Positions 1 to 12,600 are shown, numbered from the stretch's first letter. The stretch: DNA of 64,000 bases from Azolla caroliniana (GCA_043228905.1 JBHGNT010000002.1:13268001-13332000); one strand, 5' to 3'. A program made the numbers and translations. Notes: generated by a model not told the origin, from the letters alone.

Positions 1-1573
1 TCGAAGTGGCCTTCTCCGTCCTCGAGTCATCATCAATCTTCTTTTCATGTAGGTTGCTTTGTTTAGGCGGCTTGACTTCTTTAGGTGGTCTTGATGTTTC
101 TACGCTTGGCCTTACCAAGTCAATGCCATCAAGCCATTGATGATGCCTGTCGATCTTGTTGCATGCTCGCTTCACCGCACCCCAGTCCGCCACAAACCCA
201 TTCGCTTGGGTATCATCTTCGAGTAGAGTCCCCAATTCTCCTCTATCCTTCATATCCACAGCCTTTAGGAAGTACAAAGTTTTGTCCTCCTCAAGTAGCA
301 CTTGGTTTGTGGCGGGGAGACGATGAAACATTTGGTCGAACTCGTCATACACCCTCGAAGCACTCATCCTCTTATTTTTCTTTTCTATCCCCTTCATCAA
401 GGCATGTCGAGTCATCCTTGACAAATCTTCCGTTGCGAACTCCGCTAATATCTCTTTCTCAAACACCGACCACGTTGTCTTCCCTTCTTGAAGTTCGATG
501 ACGCGCCTTTGGATGTTGTTGGAGACCACTCTCTTCAAACTCGTGATTTGACACACTTCAGACATGTCCCTATGATTCATCTCCCTTCTGCATGCATCAA
601 GGAACTTTGTAATGTTTCTTCCATCAAATTGACCCTCAAGCTCCACGACACGGTCGACGGCCTTCTCTACGCTCGCATCGTTGTCTCGGGATCTCATCAT
701 TTGTTCGACGATCAACATCATTCTTTCGTACTCCCCCACTTGATTGCTTGAGGATGCCATCTCCAAATATTGGTCGATCCTCGTCTTGATCCTTCCTACT
801 GCTTCTTCATGTCGGGTTCACCAAGTAAGATGTTGAGGAAATCCTCGTGTGTTCGCGAAATGAAGCGGGACCACCGGAGTCCTGGACTAGAAGGATTCGA
901 TGTTTTTAGTAGCGTAAGCGAGAAAGTATTGAAGAAAGATAGATGGATGAAGAGAGAGAGACATTGAGATAGAGATTGAACCCTTGACTTTGGTTTTACA
1001 AGACAAGATACATCACCATTAGGATAACTCGGATCTTTAATTAAAAGTTTCTTTTTTACTTGCATCACTTGCCTCCTTACGCAAGCCCAACTATAGGCTT
1101 TTATAGGTCTCTCCATGCAAAAACCATGGGCTAAAACCATGAGTTGAAACCATGGGCTAAAACCACGGGCTAAAACCATGGTTTTGTACCCATGTTTCTA
1201 TATGTTTGCTTCCTACAAAATACTAAATATGAAAAGAAAATATACAAATTTTAAAGCACTCGGTAATGCCTTTAGTGGTAAGTTAATTTGTCTCCTATCT
1301 TGGAAGTGGAAGGTTCAAGCCTTGTTTCCACCCCTATGTATGCACTTAAATGTTACTAGACTTTAGTCTTATGTTTATATTTATGATTGAGTGCACATCA
1401 CACGTGCACATGTTTAACTTTACATCTAGCTTTTCTTTTAGGATTCTCATTTCAGTCCTATTTACAACATGCTAGCATATGTGTGTGGCCTTCACCCCTT
1501 TCACACATGCACATTGCACCTTCACAATCTGTTGCACACAATTTTCACACCGTTGCCGAAAATGTTCATGACA
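1..1573 (-). mobile_element. tRNA-Trp-primed LTR retroelement, 5' part (5' LTR 831-1573, PBS, decayed gag-like region running off the left edge)
   Basis: The LTR ends ...aatgttcatgaca at 1573 like the family LTRs at 9390, 52098 and 56258. The minus-strand PBS TGGTGAACCCGAC (811-823) matches the 3' end of plant tRNA-Trp. The minus-strand translation (AVDRVVELEGQFDGRNITKFL) resembles ORF 42054-42623. The right flank is CCGC. Confidence 0.8.
1120..1185. repeat. 13-bp tandem repeat (aaaaccatgggct) x~5 in the LTR U3
   Basis: Directly visible, just upstream (element sense) of a TATAAAAG box near 1099-1106 on the minus strand. Confidence 0.8.
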
Positions 1574-3500
1574 CCGCTCTAGGGCTTCTTGTGCTTGGCG
1601 TAGTTCTCGAATTGCGTCCTGATCCGGTTCCTCACCGGCATCATCTAGGTGCACGATATATGGGGAGACCGCTTTGACAACGTCTACTTCAAATAGAGGG
1701 ATTATCTTTGGGTTCACCTCAAGGTATCGATCTACTTCTTCATCGGCAAGCCCTTCCAGCATGTTCACGCTTTCGACATACAACGGTGTTAGTTCCTTGT
1801 TTGGGCCTGCACGGGGTTGTGTTGGTACTTTCACCTTAGTTTTCCCTCTTCGGAACGTAATATTGTTCTTCTGCCAGTTTTGTTTAATATGAGCAGTTCG
1901 TAACTATGGTCGTCCCAACAATAGAGGATATGCTCCTTGCGCATTCAACTGGAGGGCCACCGCAGAAATCCGGAAGGCATGGCCTCCTATTGTCACTTCC
2001 AAGTCCTAGATCAATACAGCCGGTCGTACTAAACAGGTGTCCGCCATCCGGAGCCAAAACGGCCATGGTTCCCATTCCTGGATTCCTAGAGTGTCACATA
2101 TTCCTAGGCTTATACATTTACTCCCGATCCACCATCGAAAATTGTCCCCGGTATTTCTCGTCCTTTGTTGATGGCGGTGATTGTTGGACTCCTCATGTCT
2201 ACCATTGTCCGGTCCCTCCTCAATTTGAGAAGAACACTAGAGCCTGTGCAGGGCTTGGTGGGGCCAATGCTGATTTAAAACCGTCGGTGAATTAGGGCAC
2301 TAATTGCAACAACCGACCCAGTGGTAGCATGATCTGACATTCCCGTAGTGCTTGCCATGTGGGGTTCTCCTACTGCATTGTCTTTGTGGGTTCCTCAGAT
2401 GTTTTCCTTTGCTCATGTAGCTTGGTAAAATTCCGTTCGTTAGCTTTTTCGATCCATTTTGTGGCTTGTTTACGGATGGCTTCTTGAGCCTCCCATTCGG
2501 CCATCTTCCCTTTCGACCTGGTGGTGACTTGCTAGATGTCAGCCACTTCTGCGACCACCATGTTAACTTCCGGCCGTTTTTCGTTACTCTTCATTGGACA
2601 CTGATTGCTGTAGTGCCCGTCCTGCCGGCAATAGTAGAAATACACCTTCCATGTATTGTTAGACTCTGCTTTTGGCGCGTTACCCAGCTGAAAACCGGAT
2701 CCTGGCCGGTTAGGCTCCTCTATTCTTTGTTGCTCCGATTGAGCACTAGTTATGCTTCTATCCAGATCCCGTTGGTAATCCTTTGCCGGTTCATGACATG
2801 AGTTCCTCTTTTCGAGCATTCCATTCTTTATTATAGCGTCCTTGCCAGCACCGATCATCATAGTCTCCCCGTTGATCCTCTCTCCTCCGATTGTAGTTGG
2901 GGGAGTAATCACAATCATAACGATCACCATTATAGTCCCAACTTCGATCATTCTGGTGTCGTGAAGATCTGTCACTATGCGCGGATCGTGAGGCGGAACG
3001 GCCAGGGTTCTGGACCAGAAGGACTCGAAGTTGGCGCTAGCTTTAGCGAGAAAGGATTTAAGATAGATTGAAAGAGAGAGATTGAGATAAGATAGAACAC
3101 TTTATTTTAGATTGAGAGAGAGATTTTGAGAGACAAGATATATCATCAATTGGATAACAAATTTCTTACTTTTAATATTAATTTTGATATCAAGTACAAA
3201 GCTTCCAAAAATTTTACATTACCCTTTCATCTTTTTCCTCCCCTCTTTTATAGATGCCCTCATGCATTTGAGGGTACAAGACATGCATAAAATGCATGTT
3301 TGCCATTTGGCGCTCATGTATTACATGTGGTGCATGATAACCATGTCACTCATTTTAGCTCTCATGTATGAGAATTTACATGTAAAGTTACAATGGTAAA
3401 AATATAAATCCAAGAGAATGTGTTGGCTTAGTGGTAAGCCTATTGACTCTCAACGTGGAGATACAAGGTTTAAATCCTTACTTTCCCTCCTTGTGTATAT

Positions 3501-6500
3501 TGTTGGGATTACGGTCCCTTCGGATGGGATGGTCGGATGTCGGAGATGAATGACGACAAGTCCGGTTCCGGTTTCGGAACCGGATGATGAAGACCCCGAC
3601 TTCGGAGCCGGATGACGAATGTACCCGGAGAGAGATCCGGATGTGGGGACATATTTGTGAATATGTTTGCCAAGGGCCGTTTGAGGCTATAGTTGTAAAT
3701 AGCCCGAAAGTCATATGTGTATAAATATGACTTAGGGCAAACAGTTTTAATGTTGTTGCTCATTTTTCTGTTTTCATCTAGAGGGAGCGAAGTGAGAGCA
3801 GCCGTGAGAGAGAGAGAAGAGGAAGAGGTCGACGCCTCTGTGTAATACCGCCGCCTGTGGCGAGGATAGCGAGCTCAAGGTCGTCGCCTTGCAGCTCGCC
3901 ATTGTATATTTCCCAGCGTATAGTGATAGTTGGAGTCTTGCACTCCCGTGGTTTTTCCCGTCGAGGGTTTTCCACGTTAATCCCTGTGTATTCGTGTCCT
4001 TCTCTGTGTTTCCGATTTTCTGCTGCATTGATTCGCGCTTCCTCGGTTGTGGCCGAGTGGTGAAGGTTGAATCGAAGTGTCGATTACCAACAAACTGGTA
4101 TCAGAGCGAGTTGCTGCAGAAAATGGAAGGCGGCGGCAGCGGGCAGCCGGGGATGATGGTGCTGAATGCGCAGAATTACGCCGACTGGAAGATCAAGATG
4201 GAGGATCTTCTGATTGTTCGGGACCTGTACGAACCGATTGACAGGTCGGAAATACCGAAGGGGGTACTTGAGTCGGAATGGAGGCTTCTGAACCGGAAAG
4301 CCGTTGCAACCATTCGGCAATACGTCGACGTGAGCGTTCTACAACATGTGGCGAACGACACCAACGCATATGAGATGTGGCGGAAGCTGTCGGGCCTCTA
4401 CGAGAGGAAGAATGCGTTGAACCGGACCTCCCTGATGAGGAAGATAGTGAACCTCAAGTACCGGGACGGCGAGAGTATGGTGGAACACGTAAGCACGTTC
4501 ATGGGATTCGTGAACCAGCTTGCGGCGATCAAGTTCCCGCTGGAGGATGCAATGCAAGCCATCATTCTGATGTGTACATTGCCGGAAAGCTGGGAGAACT
4601 TGGTGGTGACTCTCAGCACCTCCTGCACGGAAGATAACTTGTCCCTACAAACGGTAAAGACAAGTATTTTGAACGAAGAAGCGCGTCGGAGAGATAAAGA
4701 ACCGGCCTCCGACTCGAAGGCGCTGCTTACCGAATCGGAACGGGGAAGACAATGGAACCGGAGTCCGCAAAGACGGGAGAAGTCGGGGACCCGGTCGCAG
4801 TCAAGAGGAAGACCCACATGCTTCCACTGTGGGAAGCCGGGGCACTTCCGGAAGAATTGTCGGCATTACCGAAAGGACAACGGAGCCGACGACACCGATT
4901 CGAAGAAGTCACCGGAGAGAAACGGTGCATACCGGGGAGCCACGGACCGGAGAGGTCCGGATCGGCGAGGGCAGGACCGGAAAGGAACGACGGCACTCAC
5001 GGCAAGTGAGGAAGAAATCATGCTCATCACCGAAGAAGGTGAACTAAACATTGCCGGCGATGAGACGACCTGGGTGGTCGATTCCGGAGCATCGTTCCAC
5101 CTGACCCCGGAGAGAAGATACTTCTCATCCTACACAGTCGGTGGGCATGGCTGTGTTCGGATGGGAAATGAAGGTACGTGCCGGATTGCCGGCATAGGAG
5201 ACGTGTGGTTGACAACCTCGATCGGATGCAAAATGCTGCTGAAGGATGTCCGACACGTTCCGGAGGTTCGATTGAACCTGATTTCGGCCGGGAGGCTAGA
5301 CGATGAAGGCTACACAGGTAGCATCCGGAACGGCGTAATGAAGTTCAGCAAGGGGAGCCTGATAGTGGCTCGGGCCTGGAAAGTCAACACACTGTACCTT
5401 ATGAATGCCTGGTTGTGTCCGGAAGAGTTGAATGTGGCAGCCGACACTGCCGGTGAGCTGTGGCACAAGAGACTGTGCCACATGAGTGAGAAGGGGATGA
5501 AGAGGCTTGCAGAAGACAACCTTATTCCAGTGAAGCATGTGCACCTGGAGAAGTGCACCGATTGCCTGGCCGGTAAGCAGAACCGAACCTCCTTCCACTC
5601 AAGGCCACCGACGAGACGTAGCGCACCATTGGAGTTGGTGCACACTGATGTGTGTCAGGTAGAAACGAAGTCACATGGCGGAGCCCAGTACTTCGTAACA
5701 TTCATTGATGATCACAGCCGGAAGCTGTGGACGGCACCGTTGAAGACAAAGGACCAAGTGTTGTGCGTCTTTAAAGAACTCCACGCGAGAGTGGAAAGGG
5801 AATCCGGCAAGAAGCTGAAAGCGATACGAGCGGATAACGGAGGAGAATACCGAGGGCAATTTGAGGAGTATTGCCGTTTGATGGGAATCCGGCTCGAGTT
5901 TACTGTGCCGAAGACGCCGGAACTGAACGGGCTGGCCGAGAGGATGAACCGGACCATAATGGAGAGGGTCTGGAGTATGCTGGCGCATGCGAAATTACCC
6001 AAGGGGTTTTGGGCTGAGGCAATGTCGACGGCGACATACGTGATAAACAGATCACCCTCAGTACCTTTGGACGGAGACACGCCGCAGAGAGTGTGGACCG
6101 GTAGGGAAGTATCCTACCGGCATCTGAAGGTGTTCGGGTGTCTCGCACACGTGCATGTGGCAAAGGACCGGAGAGGAAAGCTAGATCCAAAGACCCGGCC
6201 ATGCATATTCCTCGGTTACAGCGATGACGAGTTCGGCTACCGAGTATGGGACCCGGTCGACAAGAAGATATTCCGGAGTCGTGATATCATCTTCATGGAG
6301 AACAAGACACTCGCCGACTGGGAGTCGGAGAAGAAGATGAAGAGCTCCAAGTCGACCGGTGAGGATCAACTCTACGAGGAGCAGTCCCGACCGGCAAGGG
6401 ACCGGTTAGCACTCGAGGATCCGGCCGAAGAAGGTGAAGAAACAGAACCGGCCGAAGAAGATGAAAATGATACCGGAACCGGCCCCGATCCCGAAATGGA

Positions 6501-8798
6501 TTCGGATGAAGAAGAATCGGAAGAACCGGTTACTGAAGCTCCGGAACGGAGATATCCTCTAAGAGAGAGAAGGGCCCCCCGGAGATTTCCGGAACCAGAG
6601 CACGTGCTGCTAACCGACGAGGGGGAGCCGGAGAGCTTTGAAGAAGCAAAGCATGACACCCAGAGCCGCAGGTGGTTGAGTGCCATGCAGGACGAGATGG
6701 ATTCCCTGCATGAGAACCACACATATGAACTTGTGGAGTTGCCGAAAGGAAAGCGGGCACTTCGAAACAAGTGGGTGTTCAAGCTGAAACCGGGAGATGC
6801 CGGAAACCCCCCGAGATACAAAGCCAGGATCGTGGTGAAGGGGTTTCAGCAGAAGAAGGGCGTCGACTTCGACGAGATATTTGCCCCGGTAGTGAAGATG
6901 ACCTCCATCCGGACGGTGCTGAGCATAGCGGCAAGCATGGACCTCGAGGTAGAACAGATGGACGTGAAGACGACATTCCTTCACGGTGACCTCGAAGAAG
7001 AGATCTACATGCAGCAACCGGAAGGATTCGAGAAGAAAGGGAAGGAGCACCTGGTATGCCGGTTGAAGAAGAGCCTTTACGGACTGAAGCAGGCCCCCCG
7101 GCAATGGTACCGGAAGTTCGACTCTTTCATGACCGACGAAGGTTACGTCAAAACGCAGTCCGACCACTGCGTGTTTGTGAAGAAGTTCGAAGGAGGAGAC
7201 TTTCTAATACTCCTCCTGTACGTGGACGACATGTTGATCGTCGGACGAGACCAGGTCAAGATACGGATGCTGAAGAAGGCTCTTCACCGAACCTTCTCAA
7301 TGAAGGACCTGGGTCCGGCGAGGCAAATACTAGGGATGCACATCATCCGGGACCGGAACAAGAAGCAATTGTGGCTGTCACAGGAGAAGTACGTGACAAA
7401 GGTGCTTAAACGGTTCAACATGTCGGAAGCAAGACCGGTCGGATCGACCCTCCCGGCAAACTGCAAGCTGTCCAGCAAGCAGAGCCCCAAGACAAAGGCT
7501 GAGAAGGAGGACATGATGAAAGTACCATATGCCTCTGCCGTCGGGAGCTTGATGTACGCAATGGTGTGTACCCGACCGGACATCGGATATGCAGTCGGAG
7601 TGGTGAGCCGGTACATGAGCAATCCCGGCAAAGAGCATTGGAACGCGGCCAAGTGGATACTCCGATACCTGAAGGGCAGGGCAAACGTGTGCCTCCGATT
7701 CGGCTCCGGTAAGCCCGAACTCGACGGCTTCACCGATTCGGATATGTCGGCTGATGCAGATACCAGCCGGTCCACATCAGGGTATGTGATGACGTATGCA
7801 GGGGGAGCTGTTTCATGGCAATCGAGGCTGCAGAAGACGGTTGCGTTGTCAACCACGGAGGCGGAGTACATGGCGGCTGTTGAAGCCGGCAAGGAAATAA
7901 TATGGATGAAGGACTTCATTAGAGAGCTCGGTATCCGGCAGGAGGAGTACCGACTCTACTGCGACAGTCAGAGTGCAATCCACCTTGCGAAGAACGCGGC
8001 CTATCACTCCCGGACGAAGCACATCCAGCGAAGATATCACTGGATCCGGGAAAGGATAGAAGACAAGGAGTTCGTGCTGACGAAGATCCACACGGACGAG
8101 AACGGGTCGGATATGCTGACCAAGGTGCTCACACCCGACAAGCTGGAAGCATGCCGGAAGAGGATCGGATTGGAGAGACATCCCATGCCGAAGTGAAGGG
8201 GGAGTTTGTTGGGATTACGGTCCCTTCGGATGGGATGGTCGGATGTCGGAGATGAATGACGACAAGTCCGGTTCCGGTTTCGGAACCGGATGATGAAGAA
8301 CCCGACTTCGGAGCCGGATGATGAATGTACCCGGAGAGAGATCCGGATGTGGGGACATATTTGTGAATATGTTTGCCAAGGGCCGTTTGAGGCTATAGTT
8401 GTAAATAGCCCGAAAGTCATATGTGTATAAATATGACTTAGGGCAAACAGTTTTAATGTTGTTGCTCATTTTTCTGTTTTCATCTAGAGGGAGCGAAGTG
8501 AGAGCAGCCGTGAGAGAGAGAGAAGAGGAAGAGGTCGACGCCTCTGTGTAATACCGCCGCCTGTGGCGAGGATAGCGAGCTCAAGGTCGTCGCCTTGCAG
8601 CTCGCCATTGTATATTTCCCAGCGTATAGTGATAGTTGGAGTCTTGCACTCCCGTGGTTTTTCCCGTCGAGGGTTTTCCACGTTAATCCCTGTGTATTCG
8701 TGTCCTTCTCTGTGTTTCCGATTTTCTGCTGCATTGATTCGCGCTTCCTCGGTTGTGGCCGAGTGGTGAAGGTTGAATCGAAGCGTCGATTACCAACA
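3501..8798 (+). mobile_element. Intact full-length Ty1/copia retrotransposon
   Basis: 592-bp LTRs 3501-4092 and 8207-8798 (TG...CA; three substitutions seen). TSD TATAT, tRNA-iMet PBS TGGTATCAGAGC at 4096-4107, PPT GAAGGGGGAG at 8195-8204, and a single uninterrupted ORF. Confidence 0.98.
4123..8196 (+). CDS. gag-pol: Copia Gag-Pol polyprotein (Gag, CCHC knuckle, protease, integrase, RT, RNase H), ~1357 aa
   Basis: CFHCGKPGHFRKNC, WVVDSGAS, LWHKRLCH..CTDC, VHTDVC/FIDD/DNGGE/NGLAER, LLYVDDM, FTDSD..TTEAEY..YCDSQSA. The first ATG after the PBS is 4123; the track's start at 3889 lies in the LTR. Confidence 0.97.
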   Translation: MEGGGSGQPGMMVLNAQNYADWKIKMEDLLIVRDLYEPIDRSEIPKGVLESEWRLLNRKAVATIRQYVDVSVLQHVANDTNAYEMWRKLSGLYERKNALNRTSLMRKIVNLKYRDGESMVEHVSTFMGFVNQLAAIKFPLEDAMQAIILMCTLPESWENLVVTLSTSCTEDNLSLQTVKTSILNEEARRRDKEPASDSKALLTESERGRQWNRSPQRREKSGTRSQSRGRPTCFHCGKPGHFRKNCRHYRKDNGADDTDSKKSPERNGAYRGATDRRGPDRRGQDRKGTTALTASEEEIMLITEEGELNIAGDETTWVVDSGASFHLTPERRYFSSYTVGGHGCVRMGNEGTCRIAGIGDVWLTTSIGCKMLLKDVRHVPEVRLNLISAGRLDDEGYTGSIRNGVMKFSKGSLIVARAWKVNTLYLMNAWLCPEELNVAADTAGELWHKRLCHMSEKGMKRLAEDNLIPVKHVHLEKCTDCLAGKQNRTSFHSRPPTRRSAPLELVHTDVCQVETKSHGGAQYFVTFIDDHSRKLWTAPLKTKDQVLCVFKELHARVERESGKKLKAIRADNGGEYRGQFEEYCRLMGIRLEFTVPKTPELNGLAERMNRTIMERVWSMLAHAKLPKGFWAEAMSTATYVINRSPSVPLDGDTPQRVWTGREVSYRHLKVFGCLAHVHVAKDRRGKLDPKTRPCIFLGYSDDEFGYRVWDPVDKKIFRSRDIIFMENKTLADWESEKKMKSSKSTGEDQLYEEQSRPARDRLALEDPAEEGEETEPAEEDENDTGTGPDPEMDSDEEESEEPVTEAPERRYPLRERRAPRRFPEPEHVLLTDEGEPESFEEAKHDTQSRRWLSAMQDEMDSLHENHTYELVELPKGKRALRNKWVFKLKPGDAGNPPRYKARIVVKGFQQKKGVDFDEIFAPVVKMTSIRTVLSIAASMDLEVEQMDVKTTFLHGDLEEEIYMQQPEGFEKKGKEHLVCRLKKSLYGLKQAPRQWYRKFDSFMTDEGYVKTQSDHCVFVKKFEGGDFLILLLYVDDMLIVGRDQVKIRMLKKALHRTFSMKDLGPARQILGMHIIRDRNKKQLWLSQEKYVTKVLKRFNMSEARPVGSTLPANCKLSSKQSPKTKAEKEDMMKVPYASAVGSLMYAMVCTRPDIGYAVGVVSRYMSNPGKEHWNAAKWILRYLKGRANVCLRFGSGKPELDGFTDSDMSADADTSRSTSGYVMTYAGGAVSWQSRLQKTVALSTTEAEYMAAVEAGKEIIWMKDFIRELGIRQEEYRLYCDSQSAIHLAKNAAYHSRTKHIQRRYHWIRERIEDKEFVLTKIHTDENGSDMLTKVLTPDKLEACRKRIGLERHPMPK

Positions 8799-9629
8799 TA
8801 TATGTATAAATATTTATTTATTTATTTAGCCATCTAGCCGTCGGTCGCTAGTTACCGCTTGGTCGTCGGATGTCGGTTACCGTCTGATCGTTGGTCGCCG
8901 GTAGCCGGTTACTGTTCGGTCGCCAGATCCCAGTTCTGTCGCTGGTTGCCGGTTACCACCGGCTCTGTCGCCGGTCCGGTTTTGGGTTGGCCAAAACCTT
9001 TGCAAGTAGCCAGGTCACACCCATTCATCCAATAGCTTAGTTCAAGTCACCTTGAACTCTCTATGCTCCACACATAGACACAAAGATAATAGCTTTTGCT
9101 CTACCTTATATATATGGTGAGATCCTTATTTCTTGTCTATGTGGGATACCTCACAGTTTTATTTTTCTCTTCTTCCTTCTCATACTTCACTCCCACATAA
9201 CTTGTCACTTAGATGTTTGTTTTTTAAATGGTAAAGCACATTTGAAAGCTCTTGAAGACCTCCATCTTTTTGTACAAAGATATTAAACATATTTAAATTA
9301 GTATCTTCACTATTATTGTTTTATATGAATCACACTCGATTTCGTACGTTTTATTTGATTTTCACACCATTGCCGAAAATCTTCACGACACCGGTCCTGG
9401 TCATATTCATCCCATCTATCGTTGTATTCGTTTGTAGCGATCGTCTCGCCGAAATAGTTCTTCTTCGTCTACTCAGTGGTTCTCGGTTTCGATGTGCTGG
9501 AATGGTGCAACTTGCCGATTTAGCAGGTTGTATTCACATCCGTCCATTGTGTGTGATCGGGAATAGCATAACATGCATTGTGATCTCATCATGCACTCTA
9601 TTGCTAAGTGCCCAGGATTAAGGCACGTT

Positions 9630-12600
9630 TTTCAGGAATAGTAGTAAACAGAGAGAGAATTAGTACTAGAGAAGAGAAGTACTGTTAGGAATAGTACTAA
9701 ACAGAGAGAAAATTAGTACTAGAGAAGAGAAGTACTGTCAGGAATAATACTAAACAGAGAGAATTAGTACTAGAGAAGAGAAGTACTATTAGTACTAAGA
9801 GGACGGGACTGCGTAAGATTCCTAAGAGAGGAAGAGAGAAGTGGAGAGAGAGAGAGAGAGAGTGAGAATGAGAGAGAGAGAAAGATGATGATAGCAGCTA
9901 ATATATTATGTGAAAGATAAGTACAAAATGGCCAAGAGGCTTAAGACTGGCATCGAACCAATTTGGTTCAAAACAATGCCTTGTGCCTCCTTTTATAGTG
10001 TTTTTAGGAATAATCCTGAAGCTTCTAGAATGTTCTAGAGAGATCTTGAATATACATCAATTTTCTATGATAAAGCATAAATGAAAATAATATCCCACAA
10101 ATTACAATTCATAGTCTAATGGTAAGAGCTCAACCCATGTAGCATAAGGTCATGGGTTCGAGTCTTGCCATATCATGACACTATCTCTCCCTTAAAGACG
10201 ACGAGTAGAACGAGTCGGCGCTGATTGCGGATCGGGTTTGTCCGGATACTTTCGGTGGAAATCAGTAAGAAGATCTTGAGCATTGGCAACATGCTCGACG
10301 TGTTCCCAAGTACATTCGCTCGGACTATAACCGAGCCAATCGACCAAATAATAAAGTTTGTTGCGAACAAGTTTGGAATCGAGGATGGCAGCAAATTCAT
10401 ACTCTAGGCCGGCGTCCAACTCCAGCGGGGGCGGCGGTGGTGTAACACGATCGAGAATGGTGTTTGCTTTATAAGGTTCAAGAAGAGAACAATGGAAAAC
10501 CGAATGTATCTGAAGCTACGGAGGGAGATCAAGGCAGAATGTGACATCATTAACCTTACCCGTAATACGGAAAGGACCGAGTCGTCGATAATCCAACTTG
10601 TCGCAGGATCGAGTAGTCTTGATGTGACGACATAAGAGCCATACTCGATCTCCGATGGCAAAAGAAGAGGGAATCCGATGAGGATCCGCATAAATCTTCT
10701 GTGTGTGTTGAGCATGACGAAGGTGAGTAGAGAGATCCATCTGGATCTTGCGTAGCCTCTCCAAATGATCCTTGGCACGAGGGTTGGTAGGTATAGCTCC
10801 GGGGTGTTGATCACCGACCAGTGAGGATGAAAACCGGTATAGGCGAAAAATGGGGAGACCCGAGTTGAGGAGTGAATAGCATTATAATACGCAAACTTCG
10901 CAAAGTGGAGAATCTCAGCCCAATCGTCATGTTGATAACTCAGGAAACACCGGAGATATTGTTCTAGTGTTTGGTTTGTTCGTTCCGCCTGCCCATCGGT
11001 CTGGGGATGGTAGCCGGAGGAGAGGTTGCAAGAGACCTTAAGCATCTTGAAGAGATGTTGCCAAAATTTGGAGACGAATTGAGGTCCTCGGTCATTGATG
11101 ATACTGTCTGGGAGGCCGTGATGCCGAAATACCTCACGCATGACGAGGGCGGCAGTTTCCTCGCTAGTGATGGCCTTAGTACACGGCACAAAATGTGCCA
11201 TCTTCCTATATCGATCGACGACGGTTAAGATAGCATCGAACCCCTTCGAGACCGGCAGATCAGTGATAAAATCAAGACAAATAGATTGCCACGGCTTACT
11301 TGGAATCCTTAAGGGTTCCAACAAGCCATATGGATGGTGTCGTGGCATCTTTGCTCGATAGCAAGCATCACAGGTCGGAACGTAGTCGTCGACAAAACGG
11401 CGCATGTGGGGCCACCAAAAACATCGCTGCACTAGATCCAACGTCTTTTAGTACTACCGAAATGTCCCGCCGTATGGGTGTTGTGACAGTTCCAGACGAT
11501 TTGACGGTGACAGGAGCAATCGGGGACATATACGCGCTTTTTAAAGAATAACAAACCATCATGATATTCGAATTGTCGGTAGTCAATACCTGGTTGTTGA
11601 GATTGAGAACAAGATGCCCGAGAAGTATCAATGTGCGCCAAGATGTCTTGCACAAAACTATCCGTCTTCAAGTTTGCACGTATGTCATCGATAATCCGTG
11701 AATCCATCGGGGTGTCAAAAATCCGCGTTGTGTGCAATCGTGTTGGTCCCAAGATTACTTGCTTTTGATTATCAAATGTTGGATCACCAAGACGAGGTGC
11801 AAGATATGAACGCCGTGATAGTGCATTTGCTTTTCCTTGCTGCTTCCCCGGTCGATATGTGATTTTGAAGTTGAAACGCGTGAGGAATTGAGCCCACCGA
11901 GCTTGCCGTCGATTTAGTACACGAGCGTTCTGGAAATAAGCAAGATTTTTATGATCACTAAAGACAATGACCCGATGTGGAGAACCCTCTAAGAAACGCT
12001 GCCATTGCACAAATGAATCCACACAAGAGGTCTCTAAATATATCATTTCCCATGTGTTGGAAGATTGCAGGTGCATTGGTTAGGCCGAACGGCATAACAG
12101 TATACTCGAAATGCCCATACCACGTGCGAAAGGCAGTCTTCCATTCATCTCCCGATCGGATCCACACGAGGTTATACGCTACTCGTAGATCAATTTTGGT
12201 AAAAAACTTGGCACCATTAACTCGCTCTAAAAGACTTGATATAAGAGGAAGTGCATACCTATTCCGGATGGTGACCTTATTCAATCCGCGGTAATCAACG
12301 ACGAGACGAAGTGAGCCATCTTTCTTCTTGACAAAGAAGATGGGTGCACCGGCCAGAGATTTCAAACGACGGATGAACCCGCTTGCCAAGTTCTCCTCTA
12401 TGTACGCTCGAAGGACTTCTAACTCGGTGGGTGACAAGTTGTAAATTGGTCCCCATGGTGGCTCGGTTCCTGGTTGTAAATCGATGGGACAGTCATAGGG
12501 ACGGTGATGAGGAAGGGTATCGGCTTTTACCTTGTCAAATATATCGGCATAAGGATGATATTTTGCCGGAAGTTGTACAGAGGATTCCTTCTGAATAGTG

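Larger units (their letters stand above)
2957..9390 (-). mobile_element. Solo LTR (~1.13 kb) of the Trp-primed family, split by the intact copia
   Basis: Perfect 12-bp inverted termini TGTCGTGAAGAT...ATCTTCACGACA. Similar to the LTR at 831-1573. 4-bp TSD CTGG (2953-2956) / CCGG (9391-9394). Confidence 0.85.

Noticed and set aside
3424-3510. Copia targeting a Pol III promoter as Ty1 does
   Set aside because: A single case, the insertion is downstream of the B box, and related LTRs (43325, 46461) are not next to such modules.
3889-4122. N-terminal 78 aa of the 1435-aa ORF call
   Set aside because: It lies in the LTR/PBS and is repeated in the 3' LTR; the ATG at 4123 after the PBS is the plausible start.
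10105-10175. Functional tRNA genes at the A/B-box modules (also 1267-1322 and 3424-3477)
   Set aside because: No convincing acceptor stem or anticodon arm; reported only as tRNA-like modules.
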